The position numbers and the translations under genes were made by a program. This document shows positions 12,101-20,139 of a stretch of 55,613 nt of DNA, in pieces. The DNA is from Deltaproteobacteria bacterium (GTDB taxonomy: Bacteria; Desulfobacterota; Desulfobulbia; Desulfobulbales; SURF-16). The stretch is from positions 1 through 55,613 of the forward strand of contig JACQYM010000053.1 in NCBI GenBank assembly GCA_016208225.1, written 5' to 3'. Every line of letters begins with the position of its first letter. The stretch's first letter is position 1. The notes under the pieces are model-generated. The model did no database searches. It was not told the origin of the DNA and worked only from the letters and a program-made list of their open reading frames with translations.

Positions 12101-12462
12101 CCGGGAAGATCAATGCCGTGATGATGGAAAAACTGATGGTCTTCCGCGGCGACGATAGCGTTGACAAAAAACTGCGGCAGCTGGTCATAGGCCACATACT
12201 GCCGATGGGCGTCCTGAAAGAAGACGCCGATTTTCGTCACCCCGTCCCGATAGAAGACCGGACTTTCCATGGACAGATTTTTTTCGATATTTTCCTGGCG
12301 GATCGCCTCGCCGGGAAAGTAGACCACCAGCCACATGAAGGCGGCCACGGCAGAGATAACGGCCAGACATGCCAACACTGCGGAAAGAAAAAGATTTTTT
12401 TTATTCATAGCTGGGAAAACTACGGGTGCCTTGTAAAAATTAGACATCTGGTTCGCGGACAA
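9115..12462 (-). CDS. Class A penicillin-binding protein (PBP1A family transglycosylase/transpeptidase), unusually long
   Basis: 1115 aa. GT51 motifs (AAEDHQFFHHHGID, GGSTITQQ). Transpeptidase SxxK (SVVK, aa 511-514), SxN (SEN, 568-570) and KTG (961-963). Start uncertain: TTG at 12462, ATG at 12447 or ATG at 12408. Confidence 0.9.
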   Translation of the reverse strand: MSANQMSNFYKAPVVFPAMNKKNLFLSAVLACLAVISAVAAFMWLVVYFPGEAIRQENIEKNLSMESPVFYRDGVTKIGVFFQDAHRQYVAYDQLPQFFVNAIVAAEDHQFFHHHGIDLPGFARAMFANIRAGRVVQGGSTITQQTAKNLFERKGRSVGSKLTELLYALRLELHYPKEKLLEFYANQFYVSGNGRGLGIAARYYFDKEPAELDLVEAAFIAGSVKRPNYYNPFIKRDEEGAALAKQNARIRTGYVLGQMHKLGMIADEVYQASLQREIPFNRGKMQFRLNTLMDLVKDGLDDPAVEAALQDFGIDNVSTSGVRVFTTIDKKLQDSNLFALQSELSQLDVKLLGYDRAELQKKYAELPLGIDPNVADSRFQVARVVEVQPGPPARVLISFAPQGKGVQGVVDEQGLMPLLSSLAQYKGQRWSNASGRDLPQLLGAMQAGDLVYVSVRDKGADDKENLFNLEKYPELQGASLILQSGRILALAGGMDNYYFNRAISAKRAMGSVVKPLLYAAALQLGWNSLDQLNNERDMFVYQKNAYIPRPDHISPHKRVSMSWAGVHSENVASVWLLYHLCDRLTPAQFKELLSGIGMAREAGESYEQYTRRIRDGMGVMVDAMALNRTAFEKAVAASEADLLFEGRQDELQNLALFHYSDEFEKELDKLTDDMGDSESALRQHIVSRSFVRYRNLRQRLLNESELPETDSGPLVANLYYRPAGQVDEGWPVDDPLAAGDLLYTEGGPEGGWLPVRREELHSHLAEMSGEARAQFLGRVRIDNQLSIATLELLQENFGKELAKLSARPPYEDEVLHEVRDFRVLAGLRYLINLCRAMGVTSDLDPVLSFPLGSNVMSLFELARVYEALTSGLSCNAAASANPGLALIDRIEAADGELIYQSTVSTKRVIDPQTVVAVSDILRNVVKFGTGRAAKNIQLHSTDPNMEKQLADLQLTVPLFGKTGTANRFTNSAFAGLVPGIKGKGDGLLPGADSFVLASYVGFDDNRPMVRTSTRIAGSSGALPVWIKAAQGIILGQNYAGALDIVDMAFAGGSEVPLYYPDVGQIAAPVGVLDGGLLLSPQHDTPDKAQVVTFGKVLAGGEIELDRYFRPYWHNM

Positions 12463-12874
12463 GGAGCAAAGAAAATAAAAAGCGCAGCATATTAGGCATA
12501 TGTGAGCATTTTTATTTTCGAATGCGACACAGTCATCGGGCCAGAGGGCAATTTTTCAAGGTACCCTAATAATGAATTAAACTTCATGGCCAATCATAAA
12601 GAGCATCAGGGAAAAAGCAAAGTAATTTCATAATGCTTTTCAGGGGCAACCGCAAGAAAAGCATTGTCCTGCGACAATTTAATTGCATTTACAAATCATG
12701 TCATGTATGAAATTATGAATATCCTGCTGTGAAGTCCTTGGAAGAGCCTTTTTGTAATGGATCGGCTTCTCCTGTCGAAAAACCGAAAGTTATGAATGTT
12801 CCATCATAATTTGCCTGCCGCACGCGAATGTTCATAGCCGTACCCATCAATCACCAACCAGCAAGTACGGGAAA

Positions 12875-14563
12875 ATGCGACGACAACAACCCTACATTAC
12901 TATCCTGCTTCTGCCACTTCTGCTCGCCGCCCTCTGGGGCTGCGCCGCAACCGATACTGCCACCCAACTGTCCGCCACGGCTGACGAAATCTCTTTTGCC
13001 GAGGATGATGCCGTCGGCGGCGATACCGCGGCAGCAAGCCCGGAGGAAGAGCAGCCGGCCGACGAAGACACGGTCCCGGAACCGGAGATAACCGCGGCGG
13101 AAGAGCTCAAACAGCTTGAGACCCTTGGCGCCTGGACATCGGGAAATCCTTACCAGCTTGAAGAAGAAGTGACGTATGATTTCCCGGTAACCATGAACAG
13201 GCAGGTTGAATTCTATCTGGATTTCTTTCAGACCACCCAACGGGACATCTTCACCCGCTGGCTCGAACGGTCCACCCGCTATCTGCCCATGATGCAGGCC
13301 GAGTTGCGCAAGGCCGGGCTGCCGGAGGATCTGGCCTATCTGGCCATGATCGAAAGCGGCTTTTCCCTCACCGCCTTTTCCACCGCCAAGGCGGTTGGCC
13401 CCTGGCAGTTCATGAGCTATACGGCCCGTGATTACGACCTGGTGATCAACAAGTATGTCGATGAACGCCGTGACCCGGAAAAATCCACCAGAGCGGCGGT
13501 TGCCTTTCTCTCCGACCTGTACGCCATGTTCGGCGACTGGCATCTGGCGGTGGCCGCGTACAACGCCGGCGGCGGCAAGATCAGCAAGGGGATCAAGAAC
13601 TACAACACCAACGATTTCTGGGAGCTGGCCCAGGAGCAGTATCTGAACGGCGAGACCAAAAGATACGTTCCCAAACTCATTGCCGCCATTATCATCGCCA
13701 AAAATGCGGAGAAATACGGCTTTACCAATATCAACTATGCCCCGCCGCTGGCTTATGAAACCGTCGAGGTGCCCTCCTGGACGCCCCTGCGCGCCGTGGA
13801 GGTTGCCTGTGAAGCGAGTCTCGAGGAGCTGCGCAACTTAAACCGTCACCTGCCCCTGCTCGTCACGCCGCCGGACCTGGAGAACTACCCCCTGAAAGTC
13901 CCGGTCGGCCAGAAAGAGCTGGTGGCCAAAAATCTTCCCAGGGTAAGGGAAACCGTTGCCACCGACTTCAAAACCCACGTGGTTGAAGGCAAAGAAACCC
14001 TGACCAAAATCTGCAAACTGTACAATGTCAACAAGACCACGCTGCTCAAGGCGAACAATCTGCGCAAATCAAAGCTGGCAAAGGGGCAGAGACTGCGCAT
14101 CCCCTATCAGGTCACCAGCTATACCCTGGCGGATACCGAGATGGCGCAGGCCGTTGTCCAGCAACCGGCCAGCAGGCTGGTGCAGCACAAGGTGCGGTCC
14201 GGCGACACAGTGGCGAGCATCGCCAAACGTTACAACGTTTCTCCGCAGCTCGTCGCCTCCTGGAACTCCCTGAAGAACATCCACAAGCTCAAAGTGGGGC
14301 AGCAGCTCACCCTCCATATCGCTGATTCCCAGGCCCCGGCAACCATCGTCACGGCCAAGGCCAAGGTCAGCAAGGAGAAAAAGACGGCCGCCAAGCCGAC
14401 CTACTATGAGGTGCGCAACGGCGACACCCTGTGGACCATTGCCCGCCGCTTCGATCTGACCCCTGATCAGCTGAAGCAATGGAACAACCTCAATGACGAC
14501 GTGATCCGTCCCGGCACCCGCCTGCAGGTCACCAATCCGCAGAGGATCGGCCCCCTTTCCTGA
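12875..14563 (+). CDS. Lytic murein transglycosylase with three LysM domains (MltD-like lipoprotein)
   Basis: 562 aa. Signal/lipobox-like LAALWGC, SLT catalytic region (YLAMIESGFS...GPWQFM), three LysM repeats in the C-terminal half. Confidence 0.85.
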   Translation: MRRQQPYITILLLPLLLAALWGCAATDTATQLSATADEISFAEDDAVGGDTAAASPEEEQPADEDTVPEPEITAAEELKQLETLGAWTSGNPYQLEEEVTYDFPVTMNRQVEFYLDFFQTTQRDIFTRWLERSTRYLPMMQAELRKAGLPEDLAYLAMIESGFSLTAFSTAKAVGPWQFMSYTARDYDLVINKYVDERRDPEKSTRAAVAFLSDLYAMFGDWHLAVAAYNAGGGKISKGIKNYNTNDFWELAQEQYLNGETKRYVPKLIAAIIIAKNAEKYGFTNINYAPPLAYETVEVPSWTPLRAVEVACEASLEELRNLNRHLPLLVTPPDLENYPLKVPVGQKELVAKNLPRVRETVATDFKTHVVEGKETLTKICKLYNVNKTTLLKANNLRKSKLAKGQRLRIPYQVTSYTLADTEMAQAVVQQPASRLVQHKVRSGDTVASIAKRYNVSPQLVASWNSLKNIHKLKVGQQLTLHIADSQAPATIVTAKAKVSKEKKTAAKPTYYEVRNGDTLWTIARRFDLTPDQLKQWNNLNDDVIRPGTRLQVTNPQRIGPLS

Positions 14564-14564
14564 C

Positions 14565-15243
14565 ATGCAGATCGCCGGGAAAACAGCTCTGATTCTCGGC
14601 GCCGCCAAAGGCATCGGCAAACATATCGCGCTGGCCCTGGCTGCGGCCGGGGCCAGGGTCGTGCTCACCTATTACGACTGGCCGGAAGAAAGCAGGCGGA
14701 TGCAGGATGAATTTGCCGCCCTTGGTTACGACCACCTGGCAATCAAGGCTGATCTGCGCGACCCGGCCGACATTGACCGCCTGTTTGCCGACATTGACCG
14801 CCGCGCTGCCGGGCTGCATATCCTGATCAACAACATTGAACGGGGCGGCATGCCGGTGGTGCACGGCCCCTACACCCCGGAGCAATGGGATCTTGAGATG
14901 GCAACCACCCTCAAGGCCAAATGGTTTGTCTTCAATCGCGCCCTGCCTCTGCTGCAGGCCTCCGGCGACGGCACGGTCATCAACTTCTCCTCCATCGCCG
15001 GGCTGATGGGCCGCTCAGGCCCGGCAGGGCACCAGGGGCTGGCCCCTGCTTGCGCCCGAGGAGCAGCAGGCTATCATCGACCACACCCTGCTTGGCCGCA
15101 CCGGCGCCATGGATGATATCATCAAGGCCGTTTTCTTTCTCATCCGGGACGCGCCTTTTATGACCGGCGCCGTTATCCGGCTTGACGGCGGCTACGCCCT
15201 TGGCGGGGAGACTGTGCCGCCCATACCCCGCGGGGTGCTGTAG
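14565..15243 (+). pseudogene. SDR-family oxidoreductase, disrupted by an internal deletion plus frameshift
   Basis: The N-terminal Rossmann part (GAAKGIGKHIA...NFSSIAG) is in frame 0 to about 15005-15045. The C-terminal part (LLGRTGAMDDIIKAVFFLIRDAPFMTGAVIRLDGG) continues in the +1 frame to the stop at 15241-15243. The total of 679 nt is not a multiple of 3. The catalytic YxxxK segment (roughly 35-45 aa) is missing. Confidence 0.6.
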
Positions 15244-15284
15244 CCCGTTGCCCATTTACCGCCTGGATCGGGGCAACCCGTCCG

Positions 15285-15602
15285 TCAGCTTCCGCAATTG
15301 CATTTCGGGGCAGTTTTTTGCTGCTGCGCCTCGCGCTTGCGCAAATCTTCCACCACCCATTCCGGAATCTGGTGCATGATCGCCTCGACGGCGGCCAGCT
15401 TGATCGAATCCTTGTCTTTGGGATTGGCGGGCTTGACCTCGGCCAGAATCTCCTCCGCATCATACCAGCACAGCTCATGGCCCTGCTTGTCATAGACGGT
15501 GAGAATGCGTCTGTTCGGCTCGTGGATATGCTCTTCCTCGATAACGTTACCGACGATTTTCATTGCCAGCTCATAGGGGATGCATTTAACTTGTTCGGAC
15601 AT
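15285..15602 (-). CDS. Hypothetical protein (105 aa)
   Basis: ORF with GGAG 7 nt upstream of the ATG at 15602. No recognisable motif. C-terminus KCNCGS. Confidence 0.5.
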   Translation of the reverse strand: MSEQVKCIPYELAMKIVGNVIEEEHIHEPNRRILTVYDKQGHELCWYDAEEILAEVKPANPKDKDSIKLAAVEAIMHQIPEWVVEDLRKREAQQQKTAPKCNCGS

Positions 15603-15659
15603 GGGCAACTCCATTTAAAGTATAGGTAGTCAGTCTGTCAGGTATTCAGCCTGCCAATG

Positions 15660-15768
15660 ATGACGGAAAACTAACCACGGAGAACGCCGAGCTCACAGAG
15701 ATAAATCCTTGTATTAAAATATATTTTCTCTGTGATCTGTGCGTGCTCTGTGATGAAACCTGAATACA
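15660..15768. repeat. A-family palindromic element
   Basis: ccacggagaacgccgagctcacagagataaa...ttttctctgtgatctgtgcgtgctctgtg, an inverted arrangement as in the other A copies. Confidence 0.65.
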
Positions 15769-15771
15769 CCC

Positions 15772-16872
15772 TCATGCCAGCGCCTTTGGCCAGAATATGC
15801 GCTGATACTTGTTCTGGGCATAGCGGTCGGTCATGCTGGCGATGAAATCGACCACCCGCCTCTCCGGGGAGGCGCTTTCGGCGAAGGTGCCGATCTCTTT
15901 TTCGAGAAAATCCCGATTTTCCAGCAGATAGAGGTACAATTCCCGCAGCATCTTGCTGGCCTTGACGAATTCATTATGCACCTGGGGTGAGCTGTAGACG
16001 TTGACATACAAAAAATGGCGGAGCTGCTGCATCGCCTCCCCGACCTTCTTCTCCACCCCGAATACCAGCTTGCCGTTCCGGGGCACGGTCTCGGCCAGCA
16101 CGCCCTGGATCATGGTCACTATCCGCCTGGAGTGTTCATTGCCCAGCACCTGCCGGCATTCGGCCGGGATGTCCTCCTTGCGGACCACCTGGCAGCGGAT
16201 GGCGTCGTCCAGATCGTGGCTCAGGTAGGCGAGGATATCGGCATAGCGCATCACGCATCCTTCCGCGGTGACGGGCAGGTCCCGTTCATTGTCCGGCAGC
16301 ACTTCGCCATATCCCTTGGAATGCTTGGCAATGCCGTCACGCACTTCAAAGGTCAGATTCAAACCGAGCCCATCGTTTTCCAGCACATCCACCACGCGCA
16401 GACTCTGCCGGTAATGGGAAAACCCGCCGGGCAGCAGTTCGTTCAGGACGCTTTCCCCGGCATGACCGAAGGGGGTATGGCCCAGATCATGGCCAAGGGC
16501 AATGGCCTCCACCAGATCTTCATTGAGCGAGAGGGCCCGGGCAATGGTGCGGGCAATTTCCGAGACCTCCAGGGTATGGGTCAGCCGGGTGCGGCAATGG
16601 TCACCGGTCGGCGCCAGAAAAACCTGGGTCTTGTGCTTCAGCCGCCGGAAGGCCTTGGAGTAGACGATACTGTCCCGGTCGCACTGAAAGGCGCTGCGGA
16701 TCGGGCAAATCTCCACCGGCACAACCCGTCCCTTGCTTTCAGCGCTCAAACAGGCATAGGGCGAGAGATAACTTCGCTCCCTTTTTTCAATTTCCTCGCG
16801 TATCGATGGCATTGCAGTTTCTGCGTTCCGAGCCGGTTGCCCCTTTTTTTGTCGATCCATCAGGTTATGCAC
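15772..16872 (-). CDS. dGTPase-like deoxynucleoside triphosphate triphosphohydrolase (HD domain)
   Basis: 366 aa. HD motif region HTLEVSEIARTIA...GHDLGHTPFGHAGE. Confidence 0.85.
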   Translation of the reverse strand: MHNLMDRQKKGQPARNAETAMPSIREEIEKRERSYLSPYACLSAESKGRVVPVEICPIRSAFQCDRDSIVYSKAFRRLKHKTQVFLAPTGDHCRTRLTHTLEVSEIARTIARALSLNEDLVEAIALGHDLGHTPFGHAGESVLNELLPGGFSHYRQSLRVVDVLENDGLGLNLTFEVRDGIAKHSKGYGEVLPDNERDLPVTAEGCVMRYADILAYLSHDLDDAIRCQVVRKEDIPAECRQVLGNEHSRRIVTMIQGVLAETVPRNGKLVFGVEKKVGEAMQQLRHFLYVNVYSSPQVHNEFVKASKMLRELYLYLLENRDFLEKEIGTFAESASPERRVVDFIASMTDRYAQNKYQRIFWPKALA

Positions 16873-16973
16873 GGGCCGTGCAAAATAAATTCATGGCGGT
16901 TGACGGGGTGCCTCCCTGCCTGTAAGCTGCGGGAAAAGAAGTTCACGGCAACCTTCATTGACAGGAAACGAGC

Positions 16974-17480
16974 ATGTCCCAGCACGAACATTTCATGAAA
17001 CTTGCCCTGCAGGAAGCCCGACAGGCCCTGCAGGAAAATGAATTTCCGGTCGGGTGCGTCCTGGTCTGCGACAACGAAGTCGTAGGCCGGGGCAGAAGGA
17101 TCAATAGCCGCCTGCCCTCCAGAAACGAACTCGACCATGCGGAAATCGTTGCCCTGCGGAATATAATCACCGGCCAGCCGCAGATCAACCCCGCCCGGCT
17201 CACCGCCTACTGCACCATGGAGCCGTGCCTCATGTGCTATGCCGCCCTGCTGCTCAGCCAGGTAGCCGTTATCGTCTATGCCTACGAGGACGCCATGGGC
17301 GGCGGCACCGAGCTGCCCCTGGCGGCACTTGCGCCTCTTTACCGCGGCGCAAAAACAACGGTCATCCCCCACGTTCTGCGGCAGGAAAGCCTGGCCCTGT
17401 TTAAACAGTTTTTCCTGAACCCCGAGCACAGCTACTGGCAGGACAGCTATCTGGCCGAATACACGCTCAGCCAGTCTTAA
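16974..17480 (+). CDS. CMP/dCMP-type zinc deaminase (TadA-like nucleoside/tRNA adenosine deaminase)
   Basis: 168 aa. HAE (DHAEIVALR) and PCxxC (EPCLMCYAA) zinc-binding motifs. Confidence 0.8.
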   Translation: MSQHEHFMKLALQEARQALQENEFPVGCVLVCDNEVVGRGRRINSRLPSRNELDHAEIVALRNIITGQPQINPARLTAYCTMEPCLMCYAALLLSQVAVIVYAYEDAMGGGTELPLAALAPLYRGAKTTVIPHVLRQESLALFKQFFLNPEHSYWQDSYLAEYTLSQS

Positions 17481-17552
17481 CCGCCGCAGCCAAAAAAACT
17501 TTCTTTACGTCCCGCCCTATCAGCATTATCTTAAGAGGCGTTACGCAATAAC

Positions 17553-17588
17553 AAAAAAACCGGACATGACGCGCTGTCTCATGCCCGG
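17553..17588 (-). terminator. Rho-independent terminator (minus strand)
   Basis: Stem ccgggcatgagac/gtcatgtccgg (about 10 bp, 1 mismatch), followed on the minus strand by a T7 run (complement of 17553-17559). Lies downstream of the 35-aa ORF and the B2 repeat. Confidence 0.55.
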
Positions 17589-17694
17589 TTGAACAACTGT
17601 CTGTTTTCCCTATACGTTTGCGTGACAAAACAAGGCAATGAAACGGGGAGCCAGCCATCCGGCCCGCTGCATCGGCAAAAATCTACCGGCTCTT

Positions 17695-17808
17695 CGTAAC
17701 GGCTCCTACGCCGTTATCCAAAAGCAAGCGTAGCATGAACACCGGTACCGGCATAAGGAGCCGTTACGAAATATTTGCAAATCCAATAATTATTTCGTAA
17801 CGGCTCCT
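17695..17808. repeat. B-family repeat: one half-site plus a full hairpin (17756-17808)
   Basis: cgtaacggctcct (17695-17707), then aggagccgttacgaaata-N17-tatttcgtaacggctcct. The hairpin abuts the stop codon of the 35-aa ORF. Confidence 0.7.
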
Positions 17809-17914
17809 AAAGAATGGCAATCAAAGCAATGATACCAAATACACAGATAAGGAAAATACCAACCTTCATCGGAACAGTGCTGTCTTCGGCGTGATGATGC
17901 GCATGCCCACTCAT
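17807..17914 (-). CDS. Candidate 35-aa His-rich single-pass membrane micro-protein (MSGHAHHHAEDSTVPMKVGIFLICVFGIIALIAIL)
   Basis: Translated by hand. Strong SD (GGGAGGAG) 6 nt upstream of the ATG, a hydrophobic 19-aa C-terminal helix, and a downstream hairpin plus terminator. Too short for the ORF track. Confidence 0.5.
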   Translation of the reverse strand: MSGHAHHHAEDSTVPMKVGIFLICVFGIIALIAIL

Positions 17915-18051
17915 GATCTCTCCTCCCATATCGGTTTTCTGAACTGCCCTCTTTCCTGAAAAGTGGAATTTACCCTATTCGCAGGAAATAGCAACTCGAA
18001 TCCGGGGGCGGAAACAGTTTACCATGACGGCGGGAAGACAATGACAAAAGG

Positions 18052-19137
18052 ATGAAGCAGGAAGTGGCGCAGAGCAATTCTCCCGCTGAAACAGCCGTAC
18101 TCCTGTTCAAAAAAGGACGCACCATGATTACTTCCGCCGCCAGAACTGTCGGCTTTCAACCAAAGGAACGAAACGTTTTCTTTCATATCCTCACGGCCTG
18201 CAACCTCGCCTGCCGCCACTGCTACATCAACCCGGCCCAGCATGGAACCGCCGCCGTTTCCCGCGAAACCATGGAGAAATGGCTGCATCTTTTTTATGAT
18301 CCCTCCAGGGAGACGAACCTTATTTTTCTGGGAGGCGAACCGACCTTGCACCCGGAACTGGCCGCGGGGATCAAGACAGCCGGACAACTCGGCTACCGGA
18401 GCGTCACCGTGGACAGCAACGGCTTTCTGTTCCACGATCTGCTGGGGAAAATCACCCCGGCTGAGGCGGTCATCAGCTTCAGCCTGGACGGCCCCACCCC
18501 GGAGGTGAATGACCCGATCCGCGGCCAGGGCGTGTTTGCCGTCTGCACCGCCAACATCAAAAAAGCGGTGGCCATGGGCTTTGATATAAGCCTCATCTAC
18601 ACGGTGAGCCGGATCAATATCGAGCACCTGGCCCGCATGCCCGCCCTGCTCGCCGAACTCGGCGTCAAACGCTTTTTCATCCAGGTCATCGGCATCAGGG
18701 GAAAATCAGCCGGCTCCATCAAGGACCAGCTGCAGCTCACCCCGGAAGAATGGCTGACCGTGATTCCGCGGGTGGCGCAAACCGCGGCAGCCATGGGCAT
18801 CCACGCTATCTATCCCAAGGTGTTTTTAGATCCGGGGGAGGAATTCCTCTGCGCCGGCCGGGTGGCGGATAATTACTTCATCTTTCCCAACGGCCGGGTT
18901 TACCGGTGCCCTTTGTGCGAGGATTTTCCGGTGCACGCCTTCACCATTGACCACAACAGACTGATCCCCAATACGGGTCTGACGGAAGAGCGTTTTTTCA
19001 CCCTGGACATTGCCGAGGGCTGCGTGATGAACAAACTGCTGCAGCCGGGCAATATCCGCTATGATGCCCAGGGCAAACCCCTCCACCGCATTTCCTGCTG
19101 CCTGCTGAAACAGGAAATGCTGGCTCATAGCTCATAG
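18052..19137 (+). CDS. Radical SAM protein with a Cys-rich (twitch/SPASM-like) C-terminal region
   Basis: 361 aa. CxxxCxxC motif CNLACRHC, downstream GGEPTL, and C-terminal cysteines (CPLC...C...CC). The alternative ATG start at 18124 is equally plausible. Confidence 0.85.
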   Translation: MKQEVAQSNSPAETAVLLFKKGRTMITSAARTVGFQPKERNVFFHILTACNLACRHCYINPAQHGTAAVSRETMEKWLHLFYDPSRETNLIFLGGEPTLHPELAAGIKTAGQLGYRSVTVDSNGFLFHDLLGKITPAEAVISFSLDGPTPEVNDPIRGQGVFAVCTANIKKAVAMGFDISLIYTVSRINIEHLARMPALLAELGVKRFFIQVIGIRGKSAGSIKDQLQLTPEEWLTVIPRVAQTAAAMGIHAIYPKVFLDPGEEFLCAGRVADNYFIFPNGRVYRCPLCEDFPVHAFTIDHNRLIPNTGLTEERFFTLDIAEGCVMNKLLQPGNIRYDAQGKPLHRISCCLLKQEMLAHSS

Positions 19138-19252
19138 CTCATGGCTGATGGCTCATGGCTCATGGCGTGTGGCTTGTGGCTTAAAAATCCGCAATCCGCT
19201 ATCTCCCTCTTGCCTTATGCCTCTTGCCTTATGCCTTATGCTTTATGCCTTG
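19123..19252. repeat. Two tandem heptamer/octamer arrays (gctcatag/ctcatgg x8, then cttatgc x5) flanking a short unique centre
   Basis: Read directly. The left array is 19123-19191 and the right array 19207-19252. They overlap the 3-prime ends of the radical SAM gene and of hpt. Confidence 0.6.
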
Positions 19253-19773
19253 TTCCCCGGATTTTCCAGATGATACACCTCCGGCAGGTTCCGGTACTGC
19301 TCGGCAAAATCAAGACCGTAACCGACCAGAAATCCCTCCGCCACGGCGAAGCCGATGTAATCCGCCCGCACCTCCACCTCCCGCCGCTCCTTTTTATCGA
19401 TCAGGGCGCAGATATGGACACTGCGGGCCCCTTGCCGGAGAAAATGCTCCTGCAGCCGGGCAATGGTGCGGCCGGTGTCGACAATGTCCTCCACCAGCAG
19501 GACTCTTTTGCCGGCCACCGGCAGTTCCACATCCTTGATAAAGGTGACGGTGCCGGATGATGCACTGCCGGCCCCATAGCTTGCCACCCGGATAAAATCG
19601 ATCCGCACGGGCAGTTCGATTTCCCGGGCCAGGTCGGCGGTGAAGATAAAGGCGCCGTTCAGCACCCCGACGAGGAGGAGTTCATCATCGCGGAAATCAT
19701 GGCTGATCCGCCGGCCAAGTTCTCTTACTTTTTCCTGTATTTCCGTACGGCTAAGAACAATCCTTTTCATCAT
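19243..19773 (-). CDS. hpt: Hypoxanthine phosphoribosyltransferase
   Basis: PRPP-binding motif VLLVEDIVDTGRT. ATG at 19773 chosen over the longer ORF (19812). Confidence 0.9.
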   Translation of the reverse strand: MMKRIVLSRTEIQEKVRELGRRISHDFRDDELLLVGVLNGAFIFTADLAREIELPVRIDFIRVASYGAGSASSGTVTFIKDVELPVAGKRVLLVEDIVDTGRTIARLQEHFLRQGARSVHICALIDKKERREVEVRADYIGFAVAEGFLVGYGLDFAEQYRNLPEVYHLENPGNKA

Positions 19774-19900
19774 CTTCCCACCCGCCTTAAATATTTTTTG
19801 CGTTGACGGCAAAGCTTTCTTCCTGATAACCTTTACGGAAGTTTAACGGTTATGTCAATGTGCGAACAGGCACGGGAAAAACTATCGCAGGAGAAACCGA

Positions 19901-20062
19901 ATGAAAAAATATCGATGTACCGTCTGTGGTTATGTGTATGATCCGGAAAAGGGTGACGAGGATAGCGGCATTCCTCCCGGCACAGCCTTTGAAGACCTCC
20001 CCGCGAACTGGTGCTGTCCCGTGTGCGGCGCGGAGAAGGATGCCTTCGAGGCCGTGGATTAG
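19901..20062 (+). CDS. Rubredoxin (53 aa)
   Basis: Hand translation: [53 protein letters not shown]. Canonical CxxCG...CPxCG. GGAGAA lies 8 nt upstream. Not in the ORF track (under 60 aa). The 96-aa minus-strand ORF 19850-20140 is its shadow. Confidence 0.9.
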   Translation: MKKYRCTVCGYVYDPEKGDEDSGIPPGTAFEDLPANWCCPVCGAEKDAFEAVD

Positions 20063-20139
20063 CAGGGACGATGCCCCCTGACCGCCCAGCTGCGCCGGGG
20101 TGACAAGTTCAGAACTCCTGATGTCGTGACGTAATTTCA

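Noticed and set aside
9124-12495. A 1123-aa ORF on the plus strand, covering the whole PBP1A gene in antisense.
   Set aside because: It is exactly codon-aligned with the sense gene (9124-9115 = 9). In that register, antisense stops correspond only to sense TTA, CTA and TCA codons, which this GC-rich, codon-biased genome avoids. The predicted protein is low-complexity (Gly/Arg/Gln/His-rich) with no motif, so it is a shadow ORF.
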